A stretch of DNA of 64,000 nt, from sequence record LT603033.1. One strand, 5' to 3'. The first letter of the stretch is position 1, and each line of letters opens with the position of its first letter. A model generated the notes under the pieces. It did no database searches, was not told where the DNA came from, and saw only the letters and a program-made list of their open reading frames with translations. Below, piece by piece: positions 62,928 to 64,000 of this stretch. Both the position numbers and the translations under genes were made by a program.

Positions 62928-63468
62928 AAAAATGAAACAAGATCTATATACAATTCGTGCACTAGTAAGTAAAGGTTATGATTTAGAAGAAGTAATTAAA
63001 CTTAGTGAAGAAGAGATTGATAAACTTGATTTATCAAATAAGCTAATTCTAAATATCAAAGATTATAAACAACGTGGTGCTAAACCTGTTGAAGAAATTA
63101 AAGAACAAATTGCACAAGATATTAGTGTTGATGAAGTATCACGCAATGTACCACCAGAAGTTATCCAAGAGTATGTTGTTGATAGTGAAGAACAAGTTAA
63201 AGTTTCTGAAGAAGTTGAAATTATTGCAGAAGAACTTGCTCCTGAATTGGAAGAAGATGAAGTCGTTATTGAGCGTGTTGTTTCATCTAAAGAAGATTTG
63301 GACATTATCAAAGAAGCATTACAGACTAAAGAATTTAAAAGTGTTTCCAACTATGTTAAACATTTAAAATCTTTAGTACCAGAACAAATTTTATCTTCTG
63401 TAGATAGCTCAGTTGTATCTCAACTAATTAATGAGCGTATTGCGGAAGTTAAAGAAAAAGCTAAATAA
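62896..63468 (+). CDS. Acidic hypothetical protein
   Basis: 190-aa ORF; true start more likely ATG 62914 or 62932. Confidence 0.55.
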   Translation: MEKLNQMEQHKKMKQDLYTIRALVSKGYDLEEVIKLSEEEIDKLDLSNKLILNIKDYKQRGAKPVEEIKEQIAQDISVDEVSRNVPPEVIQEYVVDSEEQVKVSEEVEIIAEELAPELEEDEVVIERVVSSKEDLDIIKEALQTKEFKSVSNYVKHLKSLVPEQILSSVDSSVVSQLINERIAEVKEKAK

Positions 63469-63496
63469 TCCTATAATACTATAGGAGATAGTTTTT

Positions 63497-64000
63497 ATGG
63501 CACAACAACAAATTGCTTTACAACAAGTAAGAACTGGTAAACAGAGAGACTTACCTGATGCATTAGAAAAAGGTCAGATAGGATTCAGTACTGATGTGGG
63601 TCGTGTTTTTATTGGCCTTCCATCATCATCTGACCCCGCCAGCTTAGTTGCAGGTAGAACTTGGACTACTGATCCAAATTCAGGTAAAGAAAACGTAGAA
63701 ATAATTACAGAATTTTCACCGTGGAGAACGGTATCAAAAATAATTAACAGACCGTTTAAAGTTGATCTTCCACAAAATCAAGAAAGTATAGAAGTTATTC
63801 TTGAAAGTGAAAGTAGAGTATTCATCGATTATATTGCATATGATGATACCGAAACGGTTTTGGAATCAGGAACTATTCAAATTGTAGCTGCTGGTACAAA
63901 CACGATGATTGCACAGTCAAATAATACAAATAGAACTGACGCAATTATTTCTATCTCATTTGAAGATCCTGCATATGATTCTACAACTGGAAATATGCAA
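63497..64000 (+). CDS. Virion structural protein, partial (runs off the right edge)
   Basis: Not in track. AGGAG RBS; MAQQQIALQQVRTGKQRDLPDALEKGQIGFSTDVGRVFIG resembles the Mtd-N-like N-terminus of tail/structural proteins; open to 64000. Confidence 0.6.
   Translation, partial: MAQQQIALQQVRTGKQRDLPDALEKGQIGFSTDVGRVFIGLPSSSDPASLVAGRTWTTDPNSGKENVEIITEFSPWRTVSKIINRPFKVDLPQNQESIEVILESESRVFIDYIAYDDTETVLESGTIQIVAAGTNTMIAQSNNTNRTDAIISISFEDPAYDSTTGNMQ

Overview
64 kb of an AT-rich, standard-code jumbo myophage genome with a distantly T4-like gene set. From memory of gene order and the 391-aa major capsid protein it resembles the RaK2/121Q/PBECO4/GAP32 group of enterobacterial jumbo phages; this was not verified by search. 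Layout: 1-14 kb minus-strand baseplate module (gp7-like, gp6, gp25, lysozyme, gp5 spike, hub, gp53-like, tube-like); 14-18.6 kb gp55 sigma, gp47/gp46, endonuclease VII; 18.7-19.5 kb a promoter- and terminator-bounded, hairpin-dense non-coding locus; 19.5-29 kb gp51/gp26, tape-measure-like protein and head module (portal, core, protease, scaffold, MCP); 29-33 kb homing endonuclease and tail fibre; 33-58 kb replication, recombination and packaging genes (PolB, clamp, GroES, RNase H, terminase, gp32, UvsX/Y/W, exonuclease, mini-DnaE, primase, helicase); 58-64 kb probable internal head proteins and a PD-(D/E)XK nuclease. Main observations: (1) a candidate ~480-nt structured RNA or origin locus; (2) roughly five-fold over-representation of the palindrome AGTACT (manual count about 110); (3) a 10-copy non-canonical promoter, YGRGACA-N16-TATAAT, ahead of replication operons and the RNA locus; (4) a 212-aa minimal family-C polymerase with intact catalytic aspartates; (5) an apparently dead terminase-ATPase paralog just upstream of the terminase; (6) a synonymous rare-codon patch in the MCP gene next to a homing endonuclease. 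No tRNA, rRNA, CRISPR array, intron or intein could be supported. Product calls come from recognised motifs and synteny, not database searches.
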